Positions 1 to 14,055 of a stretch of DNA of 64,000 nucleotides are shown in pieces. Every line of letters starts with the position of its first letter. Position 1 is the stretch's first letter. A program made the translations under genes and the position numbers. This stretch comes from Psilocybe cubensis (Eukaryota): the NCBI GenBank assembly GCA_017499595.2, contig CM038998.1, positions 4,092,001-4,156,000 of the forward strand. The letters run 5' to 3'. The notes beneath the pieces are model-generated. The model was not told the origin of the DNA. It worked only from the letters and a program-made list of their open reading frames with translations, and searched no databases.

Positions 1-1519
1 ACTGGAGGGTGTCGCTAGACGCTTGTTTACCTCGGTGGGCGGGTCGATTACCACCGTTTCGTGAAGATTCCGAATAGGCTGGTGGATTATATCGTCCTGT
101 TCTTTGGCTTTGGCTGGGCGTGGTCGGACGAGTGACATCCATTCTCATTCCTCCGACCGGAGGAGCAGAAGGAGAGTCATATATCGGGAATCCACTGCCG
201 TTTGATTGTTTTCTGTCGTGACCGATATTTGCCTGTTGTGGTGGAGTAACGAATGGTTCGATTACATCTTCAACGCGATTACCGGGAGGTGGTGAAGTGG
301 TCACGGGTGGGGTAACTGGAGGTAGATTTGTCGCTCCGTAAGGGGCAGCGGTGGGCGCGACTGAGCTCATGAAAGGAACAGACCGCACGCTGGTGTTATG
401 AGTAAAGATTGTGGGGCTCGTCGGAGGTCTGAAAGGTGCAGATCCAAGGGTAGTATATGCTTGGGAGGAAGTAGTAACATCTGACATCGAGCGCATGTGG
501 CCAGGCATGCCTGAGAGCGGAACAGTGCCAGGAGCAGACTTTCGTTGTCGGCGAAGGATGTAGAGCGCAGCGGCGACGGCGGCAGCGATAACTACCAAAC
601 CTCCGATGACACCTCCGACTATTGCACCCACATTTGTTGATTTTTTGTTAGAAGGAGGAGGAGCCTGACCTAAGTCGGCGTGATCTGCTCGAATGATGAA
701 TATTGAGGACGATTGAGAGAATACAAACGTCAACACTGACTTTCTCTAGCTATCTGCTGTGCGCTTGCAACATTGAACTGTCTGCTGGGCCAGGTCGTGG
801 CTAAATAATACATGTAAGGGAGATCTTGGCCTAGATAAGGCAAATATGACTTACGATCTGTCCCAGCCCAGAATGGTATAGTAAGATCGGTAGGAAGCGT
901 GTAGTTGGAAGGGAAGTATCTATTGGTGGAGTCAGTCAAATTGGGGATGTCTAAAAACGACCAAAATACGCACGTAGTAGACAGTTTTCCAGAGCACATA
1001 GAAGAATAATCATCCCACCTAACCAAACGCAAAGTTAATGTTTGAAGGTATGCTGATTTTTAGACAAGGTCCTACATTGCGACAGTCGAAGTTGCATTTT
1101 GGCACATAGTACATGCACTAATCAGGTTATAGGAAGCCCATGAACTTTGAAAATAGTCAACAGAGCAATTCACTGCTAGAATAGTGCCTTCATACCATGT
1201 ACATAACGTTGCGGTACCAGCACTCGGATCGGGATTGTTGTATCGACCAGAGGTGAGGGAAGGGATAACCCAATCTATTGAATTTTTTTAATGCGACAAG
1301 CCAAGTATGTGAACACAGATCAAACTTACTGCCGCCATTACAGAGTGCGTCCAACTGAGCAACAACTTGACACGGTGATGCGTTGTGCGCATTGTCCATC
1401 CAAACAAAATCCTTAGTGCATGTCGCCGTGGTTTGCCCGGCCCGTCGTTGTAGACCACCTACGCCATACCCGAGAACAAGGGATGTCGAAGCAGCCAGCG
1501 TGCAGAGAATTGACAGCAT
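1..1519 (-). CDS. Cys-rich extracellular domain, single-pass membrane protein (copy A; multi-exon, 3' end runs off the window)
   Basis: Signal peptide MLSILCTLAASTSLVLG, then C-x4-WMDN...SPCQVVAQL..LCNGG, YFPSNYTLPTDLTIPFWAG and TM GAIVGGVIGGLVVIAAAVAAALYIL-RRQR (~545-630), then a Pro/Ser-rich tail. Colinear with the paralog at 8032-9800. Confidence 0.85.
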
Positions 1520-2711
1520 CGCAGTCGTCGATTTCGCAGTGGTCTGTGAGGGTTCCGAGCAGAAAGGACCAGGCTGATAAAGCGAAGCCAGGGGCTATAA
1601 TATGCTCTGTATAAACATGTGAGTTTTACGGTGTTCTGTGTGAGAAGATTTACTTCGCAGCCAATCGAGATCTAGGTAGGCGCCCTGTCGTGCCGTTGTG
1701 CTAAATGCAGATACGCGGCAAGGCCAAGCGATGGCACCGCCTAGGTCATCGGCACCTCCGACATTTGTCTGGATCAATGCACCCCATGCGGCAAAGTATT
1801 CACCCAAGGTCTAAAAATTCTTTTGCCGAAGAGGAATGTCCATGCATGGTTCTTGGGTTCTTCATTTTGCAAAGAAAACGGCAGCTGACAATCAATTAAA
1901 AAAGGGAGACCGTGTTAGATTGTTACTGGAGTAAATGTATTTTTTTAAAAAGCAGGACTTACGGACCCGTCGTCATAGTTTGCATATTTTCTCCTCAGTT
2001 GCGTCCGGGCGGCACAGCGACGCAGAGCGACAATCCACCATTTTATTGCATCCCCGATATTAACCGAAACTGATAGCCGCGATTTGAATTTCAGCACGTC
2101 CGCCGACGGTTTAAAAGTTCTCGACAGCACGTTCTCCTAAGGATAAACAAGTCAAGCTAGGAGCATGAACCTACCAAACCTAGATTAATAACCTCTGAAT
2201 CGTACGTCGAAAGGACCATCGAATCGTTTTCAATGAGCTTTCGACGCAGCATGATGTCGCGTATTCAAGCTAAAAACCTCCTGAAACATTACAGATACCT
2301 CAAACTGTTTCATTGGAACGTATGCTACCCATTGGAGTCAGTGCCCGCTGGAGGGCGGTCAATCTGCCAACGAGCAACTCAAATCTGGTAGGTCATCACG
2401 GTCATCTGTGTTGGTCACCGGTTTCCGGGGAAGCGTTAGCAGCGCCATCCCGACCTAAACCGGGGAATGATTAGATCTTTTTGCTTGCCGTCATCATGGA
2501 GGTGGCTTGCCAATCCTGATAAGATATTGATACATTACTGAACCAAAATCACAAACATGGGGTAACAACAACATGAAATCAGTTGCGTCTAACATACTAG
2601 AATTAGAATAAGCAAATATAAAGTATAATCAACATACAAAGCGCGCGCGGCGTTGCAAATCTGAATCTCGCAAAGAATTAAATGAACAAGGGGAACGGAT
2701 GCCGTGTTTGA

Positions 2712-5700
2712 TCAACGCGCATCAAGAGCCATTTCCTTCCAGACGGCTTGCATCGTCTCCATCACAGTGGGTGCGACGTAGGTACGCGCGCGTTTCGCAG
2801 CTTGGCTTGAATCTTCTTCACAATCCATTTTGTCGTCGCTCTCGCCAGCTGTATGCCTTTTCTTGCGTTTGGCGGCTAAAAATTCGAGATACGCAAGGCT
2901 ATGCCGAGGCCCTTTGGCGCGCGCCATATTCAAGGGCGGTGCCGCGAACCATAGGACTTCATTCGTTTCTGGGTCACGGTCGACCAATTTGGCTGTTGTG
3001 TTCGGCGAAAGACAACATATATGGCGGTACAGGTCCAGTTCACGCGCAGTATTGACAGGAGCAGACATAGAAAGGGTGAATGCATGGAAAGACATGATCA
3101 TCAGCTCAAAATACTGCTCCGCACGCCAGAAGAGCTGAAAGTCTTCTGCGTGCGAAAGGAAAACGCACCTGTATCTGGTGGAAGTTTCTCTACCTGTGTG
3201 GGACCGCCTATCGAAGCCAATCCCCCCGCTGCTGTAACTACCGACCTGTCAGGACCTATCCGCTGGCTGAATTGCTGCTGCTGTTGATACTGCTGTTGCT
3301 GAACATACGGAAGCTGTATGTTTTGATATGTTGATGGATATGCAACGCCACCAGTCACGCTTGCAGCAACTCGCGCGCTATCGGTTCGTGACTTTTTCTT
3401 ACCATAGGCCCCCTCCTCCATCCCATCCACAAGGTCAGGCGATGGCTCTAAAAGCCCCCCAGGGCCTTTCGGTACGCCTTTCCCACCAGCACCTTTCGAA
3501 ATGAACGGGCTCGGATGGCGCACGGGATAAACAGTTCTCTCGAATGGGTAGATCGGCATAAATTCGGTGCTCTGTCTGACCTCTTCAGGAACACACGAGT
3601 TCCAGTTCTTGATCCTCACAAAGACGCGGTCACGGTCGTTGTACCGCGAATCACACACATACAAGGGGAAGCCGACATACCAGAAGGGCGGTCGAGGCCG
3701 TCCTCTGATATGTCGTGCGGTGAATTGACACGCAATTTTTTCGATGATATCTTCCAGAGGATGGTCCGCAAAGTGACCTAGAAAGTTAAGGGGGTGTCGT
3801 TTCGGTAAACTTGACAATGATAAAACCGTAGACATGCCGTTAACGTACTTGTTTTGAATACCTCTCCCTCCCAAAACATTCTGTTTGACGGATGGAACGT
3901 CTACGTGCAAAAGATTGAGTTTGTGGGACAGACGCTATTTTGGATGTTGTTACCGACCTGCTCGGGTCTATAGTACCATGAGACAGTGATACCTGGGGGC
4001 CCTGGTTTGCCACTAAAAACAGCCGCACGAGCGTCAATCAAGCGCATTACGTCCATATTTGCGGAATACCCACAAGTTATCCGACACCCAGCACCTGAAG
4101 ACCTGCCCAATAATTGGCCGACTGGGATCATCGGGGTTGCTCAAATGCACCCAATCGGCCAATTTGATCTTCCATCCCTTGTAATTCAGCTCGTCAACGA
4201 ATGTTCGATCTCGTGAGAGAACGCGATGAGTCGTGACGTTCGGGATGCCCTCGCCATCTGACCCATGGACAGGTCTGACGTTTCCTGGGCCAGCTCGAAG
4301 CGCCGCAAAGTTTGTATTTGATACATATGGCGCAGCAGGAGGATTGGGAGATGTCAGTGCTTGATACAGACGCTGGGAAATGTTCAGAAACCAGAAGGAT
4401 TACCACAAAGATGGTGCGATAATTACCTGGAGAAGAAGAGTTCGACCGTATGCTTCTGTGCCAGGGTCATGCCATCGCCGCGCTTTCTCGAAAAGCCGTG
4501 CCATATCGTGGTCAAAATCTTTGGCGCTTTTGTAAAGTTTGTGTCTTGTTCGAGTCTGCAAAAAGAAGTCAGAATTTAGAGAAAAGGAAGTCTTCTATAT
4601 TACGTACTTCTATCTGCTTCAGAGAAATTGGGGAAGTAGATGCGAGGTGCAACGTTGGAGATGATTCTTCGGGCACCGATTCGAGACAGACAGCAAGGCG
4701 ATTCCCACTAGTGAAAAAAATAAGTCTCTAAATTGTATCGAGGTGTGAATTACTTGCATAATATCTTTGAATGTTTTGAGAGCATGAACGATGTCCGACA
4801 AACGTTCCTTTATTATCCATTGAGAACAAAGTCATATCGATGATGGTATAACAATGACGCACAGGTTTAGTATCAGTCATCCAACCCTCCTCTCCAAAAC
4901 CAGGCCATCTCGGCAGACCTTTCTCCAACTGCTTCACAATCTCTTCACTTTGCGGGTCCCGTTCCGCCTGTAATGCAGCACCATCAGATTCTGCTTCATC
5001 AGATTCTGGCGACACGACGTCCACTTCGATTTCAGGCGTCTGACGTTGCGTAGATTTGGGGCGAATGGGCACGGGTTTTGAGTAGGCATAATTGGAAGTA
5101 CTCGCACTGGCTGTCGGCTGAGGTTGGGTCTGAGAGGCTGGTGTTGTTGTGCGTGCTGCTGTGGCAGCAACAGGTAATGGAGCTGGTGTTGGGGGCGCCG
5201 GCGTTGAAGGAGCCGGTGTCGGTGCTGCCGGTGTCGATGTTTTCACTTCCTTGGCCCCTGTCGATGATGGCTTCACTTCCTTTGCTCCTGCGGTGGTATC
5301 TTCTGCTACCCCATGTACCTTTTGTGCGGAGGAAGGTGGGGGAGAAGAACGTGTAGTTGGAAGCACTGTGCGTTTCTTCCATTCTGCCTCCAAGATATCC
5401 TAGCCCTGCAACCTCAGCACAAATACGGAGCGTATAAACGGGCACCTACTTTTAGTGTCTGCGCGTCCAATGCAATCTGGCTGTCGGACTCATTGTAGAA
5501 TAACGCGTTCCAGAAAACAAGCGAGAGATCGGTGTATACATCTGTCGCTTCCTTGTATCTTCCTTTCGCCACGCCTGATTGGATATTCTTCAAGCACCTG
5601 GGCTCAGGTATAACCTGCACCGGTGTCAGCTTTCCATAAGAGCCTGAATCAGGACGAAACGAACCTCGTAGTACTGCGGCCATGACCCTCGATCAACTAA

Positions 5701-5808
5701 GTCCATAAACATTGCAGCTAGCTGACGTCTTCCACGGGGTGCCTGTGCAGCCAGAATGGCGCTAATAACCTCTTCAATAGCGGCCTTTTGCGCTGGTGTT
5801 ACTGGCAT
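2712..5808 (-). CDS. RSC1: RSC1/RSC2 (polybromo-like) chromatin remodelling subunit, bromodomains + BAH domain
   Basis: Bromodomain motifs MFMDLVDRGSWPQYYE, LVFWNALFYNESDSQIALDA. BAH motifs WYYRPEQ, HFADHPLEDIIEKIACQF, YVCDSRYND..F.RIKNW. C-terminal RDPETNEVLWFAAPP. Multi-exon. Confidence 0.88.
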
Positions 5809-6652
5809 TGTCGTTGATGGTTTCGTTTATGTGATAAATGTAGCCGTAAGTCGCGTTGAGTCGCGTTAAATCGAGTCTCGTTTGTGATGTAAGTTAACGT
5901 AGAAGATGCATATAACGTTGAAGGAACAGGGAAAATAGTAGAGTCTTCTGAAATCGTGATTCTTTGAATCCTTCACGGACGACGGACAAGAGATGCATTC
6001 CTTCTTGACTTGGTGCCATCATCATCGCCAAATTTCCCACGGGTCAAACTAGTAGAAACCATGCATAAATGAAATTCTGAGCCGTTCACAGAACCCCGGT
6101 TACGCCAAGTCTCCACAAAAAGTAGGGAAGAAACGCTCAAGGGACGACGAAATAACAACTTCATCAAAAATCCAACGCACCAGATCGACTAACAGCGCCT
6201 AACCGAACTGAATCCCCTACACGAAATACTTCCAGAATTCGGAAGACACCGACATTGGAAGACGAAAATACGCACCCACTAAACGTTGAAGCTGAAGTCT
6301 GAGTCAAAAGACGTGGATATCGACGCACAACAAACTATCGACAACATTTACACCAACTTGAAGGAAGTCAAACAATGTTTGCACTCAATGAAATAACCCT
6401 CCTTCGTGAGCAAACACGGCGACATTACGAAATACACGACGTACTGCAAGGTTTCGCTAAACAAAAAACAAATGGGAGACGCGCTCTATCAAACCATATC
6501 TCATCTTCAATCTTCAGAGCAGACAATTTACGATGTTTCCCTTGTGTTATGACACAGGTCTGACTGTCTACTCGGTTCCCCTATTATTCCCTGCATCGGA
6601 GACCGGTTTTGGAAGACACCGGCAACGTTAATTCTGCTTGAATACAACTTTC

Positions 6653-7713
6653 ATGGAACAGATTCTCATGGCAAGTCAACTTCCTATCGATGCATTCTCA
6701 AATAAAACTCGGCAGTGCATCGCAAATCTTGTTGATTTCTTCAGGAAATCTAAAGATGAACAAGAGCACCGAGCCGCCTACATGTATGTTTTCATCTCTT
6801 CCCTGATTAACGCAATGCTAATGAGTTTACCCTGAATATTCAGAAATGGAGTAGAGCCATACTCTCGTCTCGCTGCTGTTCTTGTTGTATTGTTTGAGAG
6901 AGATGGTGCACTGCGTGTGTTGGTCACAACCCGTGGAGAAAAACTGAAGACACACGGTGGTCAGACGTCTCTACCTGGTGGAAAGATGGATGCGGAGGAT
7001 AACAGAAACATCATCGCTACAGCTGTGAGTTTTGCGTTGCTGAAGGAACAGTATAAATCTGAACGAGCCGTGCAAAGTACAGGGAAGCTTACGAGGAAGT
7101 TGCGCTGCCTAGAGACTGCCCCCACATATACACACTAGGAACTTTGGATCTCCATCCATTTCACAAACTCGTTGTAACACCTGTTGTCGCTGTTTTGACA
7201 GATGCTTCTGTACTAGACGAACTGGTACCCCGTGAAGGCGAAGTGGATCACATCTTTTCCCATCCTGTTGAGGCCTTCCTGAATCCTAGCCTTGCTGCCA
7301 ATCTTGAACCACTAGTGCCCCATGGGAGCAAATACTGGCCGCACGAATCTAAATACCATGTAATAATGATTCGTTTTTCTTCTATCCTTGCTGACCTTTT
7401 GTGTTCAGCACTACAGTGACCATGTAATCAAAGATTTAGGTGGGACAACCTACCGCTGGCATTTCTTTCAAACAAGCGCGTCGCCTGTAACCGGGCTTAC
7501 AGCTGATGTCATGGTTAGATTCTACATCCGCTACTACTGGTATTTGATACTTTTAAAACTGAAATTTGGATATCGACGTAGATACGAGTTGCCGAAATTG
7601 CGTATCAACGGGAGGCTGACTTTGAGCGATACGCGTATGATCAAATTCGCAGCTCACAGGCATGGGTGGAGGCATTCGAGGAAAAATATCAAAAAGCGTT
7701 AGCATTGCAGTAA
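6653..7713 (+). CDS. PCD1: Nudix hydrolase, CoA pyrophosphatase (PCD1/NUDT7-like)
   Basis: AAVLVVLFE...VLVTTRGEKLKTHGGQTSLPGGKMD..., Nudix box ATA|YREAYEEV across an intron, VTPVVAVL, EGEVDHIFSHP, VTGLTAD. Stop TAA 7711-7713. Confidence 0.8.
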
Positions 7714-8031
7714 ATAGGACCTGGATACCTAGACAATGCAAAATTCAGCAATGCTAAATGTCTATTTGTTTTCCTTTCTCTTACCTTACTTTGAAACCTA
7801 TGAATTGAGGGGAACCGTAAATAAAGGACCTTGGCCTTGGCCGATCAGTACTATCCTCCGACTTTCTTACTTCCGGCAGTGCCGCATTTAGGGCGCCTAC
7901 TTTAGTACTAGATCTTGATTCGCGACAAATCTCCCACATGTTATTAAAGCATAGCCCCTGCCCTGGTTTATCAGCCCATCCCTTTCTGTCCGGAACCATC
8001 ACAGGCCCCCGCTGTGAAATCAGTGCCCGCG

Positions 8032-9800
8032 ATGTTGTCAATCCTCCTCATCACTTTGGCAGCCTCGACGACGTTCGCTCATGGCGAAAGCTCTCTGCAA
8101 CGTAGAGCGGGTCAGACGTCTGCGGTGTGCACATCGGACTTTTCGTGGATGAATAATGAGCATAGCGCATCACCTTGTCAAGTGGTCGCACAGTTGAATG
8201 CGATATGTAACGGCGGCAGTGCGTACGATGTTCCTATATCCCTCCATTTCGATATTGAACTATTTTTTTAGACTGGGTCATTCCGGCCATCAACGCTACA
8301 ACCCACTACGACAATCCCTCTAACGACCCCAATAATGATACTGCAAGTTTCTGTACATGGTAAGGAATCCCTGTCTAAATGAAGTTCGTGTTGCTGATAT
8401 TAATTCATTTTGAAGTTCATGGGCTTCTTATAACCTTATCAGTGCATGCACTGTTTGCCAAAATGCTGATTTCCAGTTCAAGATCTCAGTGTACGCTCAC
8501 CATTGTGTGGATCATTGTACCATTATTGATACATTTTCTTGCTTAGTTGGACAGATTATTCCTCATTGTGCTCTGGGAAACTTTCAACGACGTGCGCTTC
8601 CAATCACCTGTTCGAAATCTACTCTTCGGCTTACGCGGTTCTGACAGATACTTTCCATCCAACATAACACTTCCAACTGATCTAACTATACCATTCTGGG
8701 CGGGACAAGATCGTGAGTTGTTTTCGTATGTCATGAGCCAACTTGCTCATCTTTTCATCTAGCCACAACCTGGCCAAACGGGAGATTCAATCCCTCAAAC
8801 GCGCAACAGATAGCTAATGAAAGTGAGTTGTTATTAGTACCTATATTGAGGTCTTCTTTATAACATCTTTGAAGACCATGCCGATCTGGGTCAAGTCCCT
8901 CCACCTGCTCAGAAAAAGTCGTCGAACGTCGGTGCAATCGTTGGCGGTGTGATTGGAGGTTTGGTGGTCATTGCTGCTGCGATCGCAGCTGCACTTTATC
9001 TCATCCGTCGGCAACGCCAGTCCGCTCCCCCAGAGGGAACTCTTCCACTGTCCGACTCGTCTGGGCACATGCGTTCAATGTCTGATGTATCGGCGTCCAC
9101 ACGGGCTTACACTACTCTTTCATCTACCCCCTTCAAGACACCTGCGAGCCCTACCATTTTTACGCACAACACCAGTGTCCGATCCGTCCCCTTCATGAGC
9201 TCGGTAGCAGCTAGTACAGTACCTTACGGGACCGCTACACCTCCTCCCCTTGTCCGACCCACGGCTACCCCTCCTCCCGTAAACCGAGTCGAAGACGTTA
9301 TTGAGCCTTTCACGACGCTTCCACAGCAAACCAACTCTAGTCACGATAGGAAGCAATCGAACGGCAACGGGTTCCCTCTGTATGACTCTCCCTCTGCACC
9401 CCCGGTTGGCGCTGCTATGCACATGGAGATCACCCGACCTACAACCCCTAGCCAGGCCCAGAGGGTCGGCCGATATAATCCCCCTGCCTATGCGGAATCA
9501 TCTGCAGGGAACGGCAATCGGGCCGCCCACCAACGGAACCAGCCATCGACCTCGGACGCCCAATCGTTACACTCTCTCACTTCAAGCAGGCATCATGGGA
9601 CACAACATACGATTGCACACAGTCCGAGCTCCAGTGGTTCTGGGATCACTAATATTGTGGGACAAGCGTTTGCCGACAATGAAGCTAGTGGAAGTGGTAT
9701 CAATAGCTTGCCTGGATATGGCCGCCAAGTTGGTCCTTTTAGGGACGAAAAACGGAGGCCTCCGGAAGATGGGAGTATCAGTGCTCGCGACATCGCCTAA
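8032..9800 (+). CDS. Cys-rich extracellular domain, single-pass membrane protein (copy B, complete)
   Basis: Signal peptide, Cys-rich ectodomain (CTSDFSWMNN..SPCQVVAQLNAICNGG; CT..SWASYNLISACTVCQ), TM GAIVGGVIGGLVVIAAAIAAALYLI-RRQR, cytoplasmic tail with YNPPAY. Confidence 0.85.
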
Positions 9801-12800
9801 AAACAACCTTCGAACTCCCTTCGAAGTATCTTTATCAGGCACCTGAAACGTGCAGGCCAGATTTCTCCCTATGGACCTTTTCGTCTTGTCATGATCCTTT
9901 GTTTGTAAAGCACACTGTACACCTGTACTCCTTGGATATCTTTATTCTACAGTCTCAGAAACGACATCAACGGACATGTTATACCTATGACAGTACGATA
10001 CTACTTTCTAGCTTTCGCTTTGAAATTTGAAAACGAATGTACCTCTATTTATCTGTACATTGATTATCTCTCACACCAAGGTACCATATAGCCGAGTAAT
10101 AATAGTACATGTATTTAATGAACTCTATAGCCCGTGTCATTTGTTGACGTTGGCATGCGAGAAGTCCGGCTTTGCGTTGATGGAAAAGGGGACAGCTGAC
10201 CTTCGCCATATACTGCCAGTATAGACTGCTATCAGCTACGTCGGACTCGTTCGGCTTGGCTATTATAGGAATTGCGTTTTCAGATGCCGAACAAAAAAAC
10301 ATAAGACTCACAAGAACCATGAGCTTGGGACGAAAAGGCAATTCGCAATTGTTTCGTGCCCATATCTAACAGCAATAGATGTGTTTTGGCTGGTGCCAAC
10401 AATGATTCATACCACCACAGAAGCTGCCGCGCCCTTGTGAAACAAAGCAGTACATGATTTGAAGTTTGCAACCGATACACCTCTCTGATCTTTTCGAAGG
10501 AACTATGTCGAGCGTACGCATCAACTTGAAGGCATATGCAAATATAGAACCACATACATGGTGGTATGAGAACAGCGTAAGTGGGCAATGTGATAATTAC
10601 TCCCGTGCACATACTAGATCATAACAATACGGTTTCGGGCGGGCACACACTACCAATGACAGAGATTACTTCCCAACCAAAAAAATATCGTGTATTTTTG
10701 GCTTCGGAGGGTGGGGTCTAGGGTTTTGTGAAAGATTTCCCCTAGGAAGGCCACAGTTAACTCTTTGCTCCAAAGAATCAAATTTGGTGCGACTAGAAGG
10801 AAACATATCCACTGTAATTTTCATAGGACTTGGTAAATTTCAAACCTATATCAGTGAGTATCACCTTCGTATGCAAACTGTATAAAAATTTGCACTACAT
10901 CTCTCAAGCAAATCTCGAGCTTATTCAAAGCGAAAGTCTCGCGATAAGAAGTACTCTAATACCTTGGATTATAGCGACTCACCAGAGACTTATACAAACT
11001 ACCAGAAACTAGTCCGTTGAAGGTTTGCACCTAGCTGGTATGCTTCCAACCTTCAAGTGAGGAGGCCTGAATGACACCGTTGGTACTTAGCGGTGATCGG
11101 AGGATGAATAAGTCAAAGATCAAACAGATTTGGCCACCTTTTCTACATACACATGCGTAAGGGTTACAAATTTTCGTGCAGTGCCAATGCGCTCAACAGC
11201 AGTGGCCCAGAACTCGTATTAAAATAAAAACCAGATGGCAACATCATACACGATTAAATGTAGAAACGATACTGTCCTTATGTGAAAAGATCAAAAAGAC
11301 GGTCCGACTGTGGTCCTAGTCGATTAATATCTGAAGAGTGAAGATATCAAGTTCAATATAAATCTAGCCAGAACCGTGGTTGAACTTCACAAGCTAACAA
11401 GAATCAATTCCGTTTAATTGTGTTGAGAAAAATTAGAGGCAAGACTGCCGTGCCGATGATGCTAGATTAAGTGATTCCTGCACCACACCCGTGTGTTCTT
11501 GAGTATTATAGCTGTCAAGGAGAGCGCTCAGAAGCCATGTTAATACAGGGTCTCCAATTCAGCAGTTTCTCACTCGATACACGTCCCGACAAGTCCGAAT
11601 CTGCAGCGATGTATTGACTGATGTGCCCACAAGTTAGAGAATCCTTTCCAAATTTGAATATTACATAGTATTGTATGTATTTCTCCTGTTCAGAATATTT
11701 CTTCTTGGTTGTTACCTTACGGCTACTTGAGCATTATCATGAAGGTACAAATGTAAACTTCTGCCAGCAGTACTTCGAGGTGTCGGCCGTGTGGTACTGT
11801 ACCTGTTCAAACCTATTTCGGAGAAATTATTATATATATCGTTGCGCGGCTTGTGCTCCATCTATTCATGTACAGAGAAGCTGATTATCTGGAAAATCCA
11901 GCGCCGGGGTGGAAGAATAATTGAACTTGTGGGTAGAATTATTTATAGAACATACACGTGCCTTCAATGAGGCTGGTTGTGGGTGTTGATGAGAATACAC
12001 CGCGACATATGGACTCCAAAGTACCGTCAGAGCCTGGTAAGCCTAATATTAAAGCCCTCAGACTATGCTGGCTGCGCCTCTGTTTAAATACACATACTCA
12101 ACACGAAGGTGTAACTAAATACTATCTACTCCCAAGAGTCCTTTACGGGCGCTTAAATATTCGATGACTTTTTAACCTTCAGGTTAATAAAAAGAAAAGA
12201 TTCAGATATGACCACTTCATGGAATTTAGCTCTCTTTGCATGGGCGAGAATTGTTTCTTCTTCCTGGTTTCTTCCGACTTCAATGACCGCTAACCTATCA
12301 CTTCAGATAGCCAAGTATCGTATTAAATATATAACTCTTGAAGGAACGACAAACGTTAGTCCTACTAGGCCCTGTACAGCTGCTGCATGGACACATACCA
12401 TTATCAGAGCATACTCGCTATATTTCATATCGACGGGCATTTGCATAACCTCGTGGAGTTGTCGAAAAGACAGGCGTTGACATCATATTTCTGACAAAGA
12501 TTTAGCATGCGGAGTCGGATTGGTCAATCTCAGTCAACGGCAGGAGACGTTGCCAATCTTTCCAAACCCCATGGGGAATGATATAGGCTTGAGCTCAAGA
12601 AATGAGAACACATGAATGGCAATCTCGACGGACGGGTAAAGATTGAAGTGTGACAGGATCGTACAGGATACATTTTATTTTGAGGTGGCATGCCGGATAA
12701 TGTACAGCGAGAGTTGAAGCTGAAGAATGACATCGAATGGATCTGTCGAGCGGCTATCTTGAAGTGCCTCAGAGAAAAGAGGATTGAAATATGCAAAGCT

Positions 12801-14055
12801 GAAGGCACTAGATAATAGACATGAGCATGAAATCTATAGTAGTCTGTAGATCAAGACACACCTCAAGGACTCATAATGATTCATTTCGTCACCTGATTTT
12901 ACCATACCCACAGTCCGACGATACTCCGTTCACATAACGTAGCGAGGCCATTAGCCCGCACTACACACAGCGCACGCACTTATTTCAACAAAAACAACAA
13001 TTATATCATTGTACAAGGTCGATGCTACTGCTTGACACCGCACAGTAAGTTGTATGTAAGTAAATATGTACAGTGAGGCAGACCAAGAAATGTGAATATC
13101 ATCATGGCTTCTCAGTATTACGAGGGAGAGTCGACGGGTGTCAACCAGGGTGAGGGTGTCACTTGGATGCCGGGAGGAAGAGATGGGTATGAGGGTATGT
13201 ATGATATATATAAGGCCGGCGAAGAAGAGTGAGAAAGAAAGCCAACAAAAAATGGTATATGCGAAGGACAGATGAAAGAATTGAGTAAGAGTAGGATCCA
13301 AAGTGACTGAGAATGATGTGTTGGATATTTGTACTTCAGGAACTCGATAGAAGGCGATGTGATGGATACGAGGTTGTTGAAGTTATTACTGCTGCTGTTG
13401 CTGTAGTAGACTGGACTGGAAGATGATGCCAAAGCGAAATGAAAAGCGAAGCGATACCGGATACCTGAAGATGGACAGAATAACCCAGAGAGACAAAAGC
13501 AGAGGGAGGAAGGAAAAGTGAGAAGAAGAGTCGTAAAACATGTCGTAGAGTTGTCATGATAAAGATAGGACACAAAATTAGACCAGATTGCGTTCAGGTA
13601 TGCTGGCAATGGCTGAGCGGATTGTGCAAGGGGAGCTGGGTAATTTGAATATGGGCAGTAGTAGAACAAAGAAGAGAAGGTGGTTTGATGATGGTATTGA
13701 TGGGGAAGAGACGTCCAGTTGCCGGTAGTTTAAAGTTTTGAAGAAGGCGGGCAGGGAAGGAAATGAAGATAGCGGTCCAGAAGGTCCAGAAGAGCCGGGG
13801 ATTAAAGCCATGCAGCATGCTCATAAATGACGCACACTAATTAGACACAGTTGGACAGGTAAACGTCAAGCTGTATAGGAATAACCTTCGTCATGACTCA
13901 ACACAAACTGGACCCCAATTCAAAAAATGAAGTCCCCACAAGAACCAAAACGAGGACTGGCCGAATGATACATCATTTCACATATCGCATCCAAAATCTC
14001 GACAGCAAAAATCAAAAATCTGGTATGTCGAGACCGCCAACACAATCATCAAACA

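Noticed and set aside
10660-11000. Possible MITE or transposon remnant (similar impression at 33930-34190)
   Set aside because: No TIR pair or TSD could be identified.
12951-13824. Several overlapping hydrophobic minus-strand ORFs (76-183 aa)
   Set aside because: Explained by GA-rich low-complexity sequence. No motif or consistent splice model; more likely UTR or intergenic DNA.
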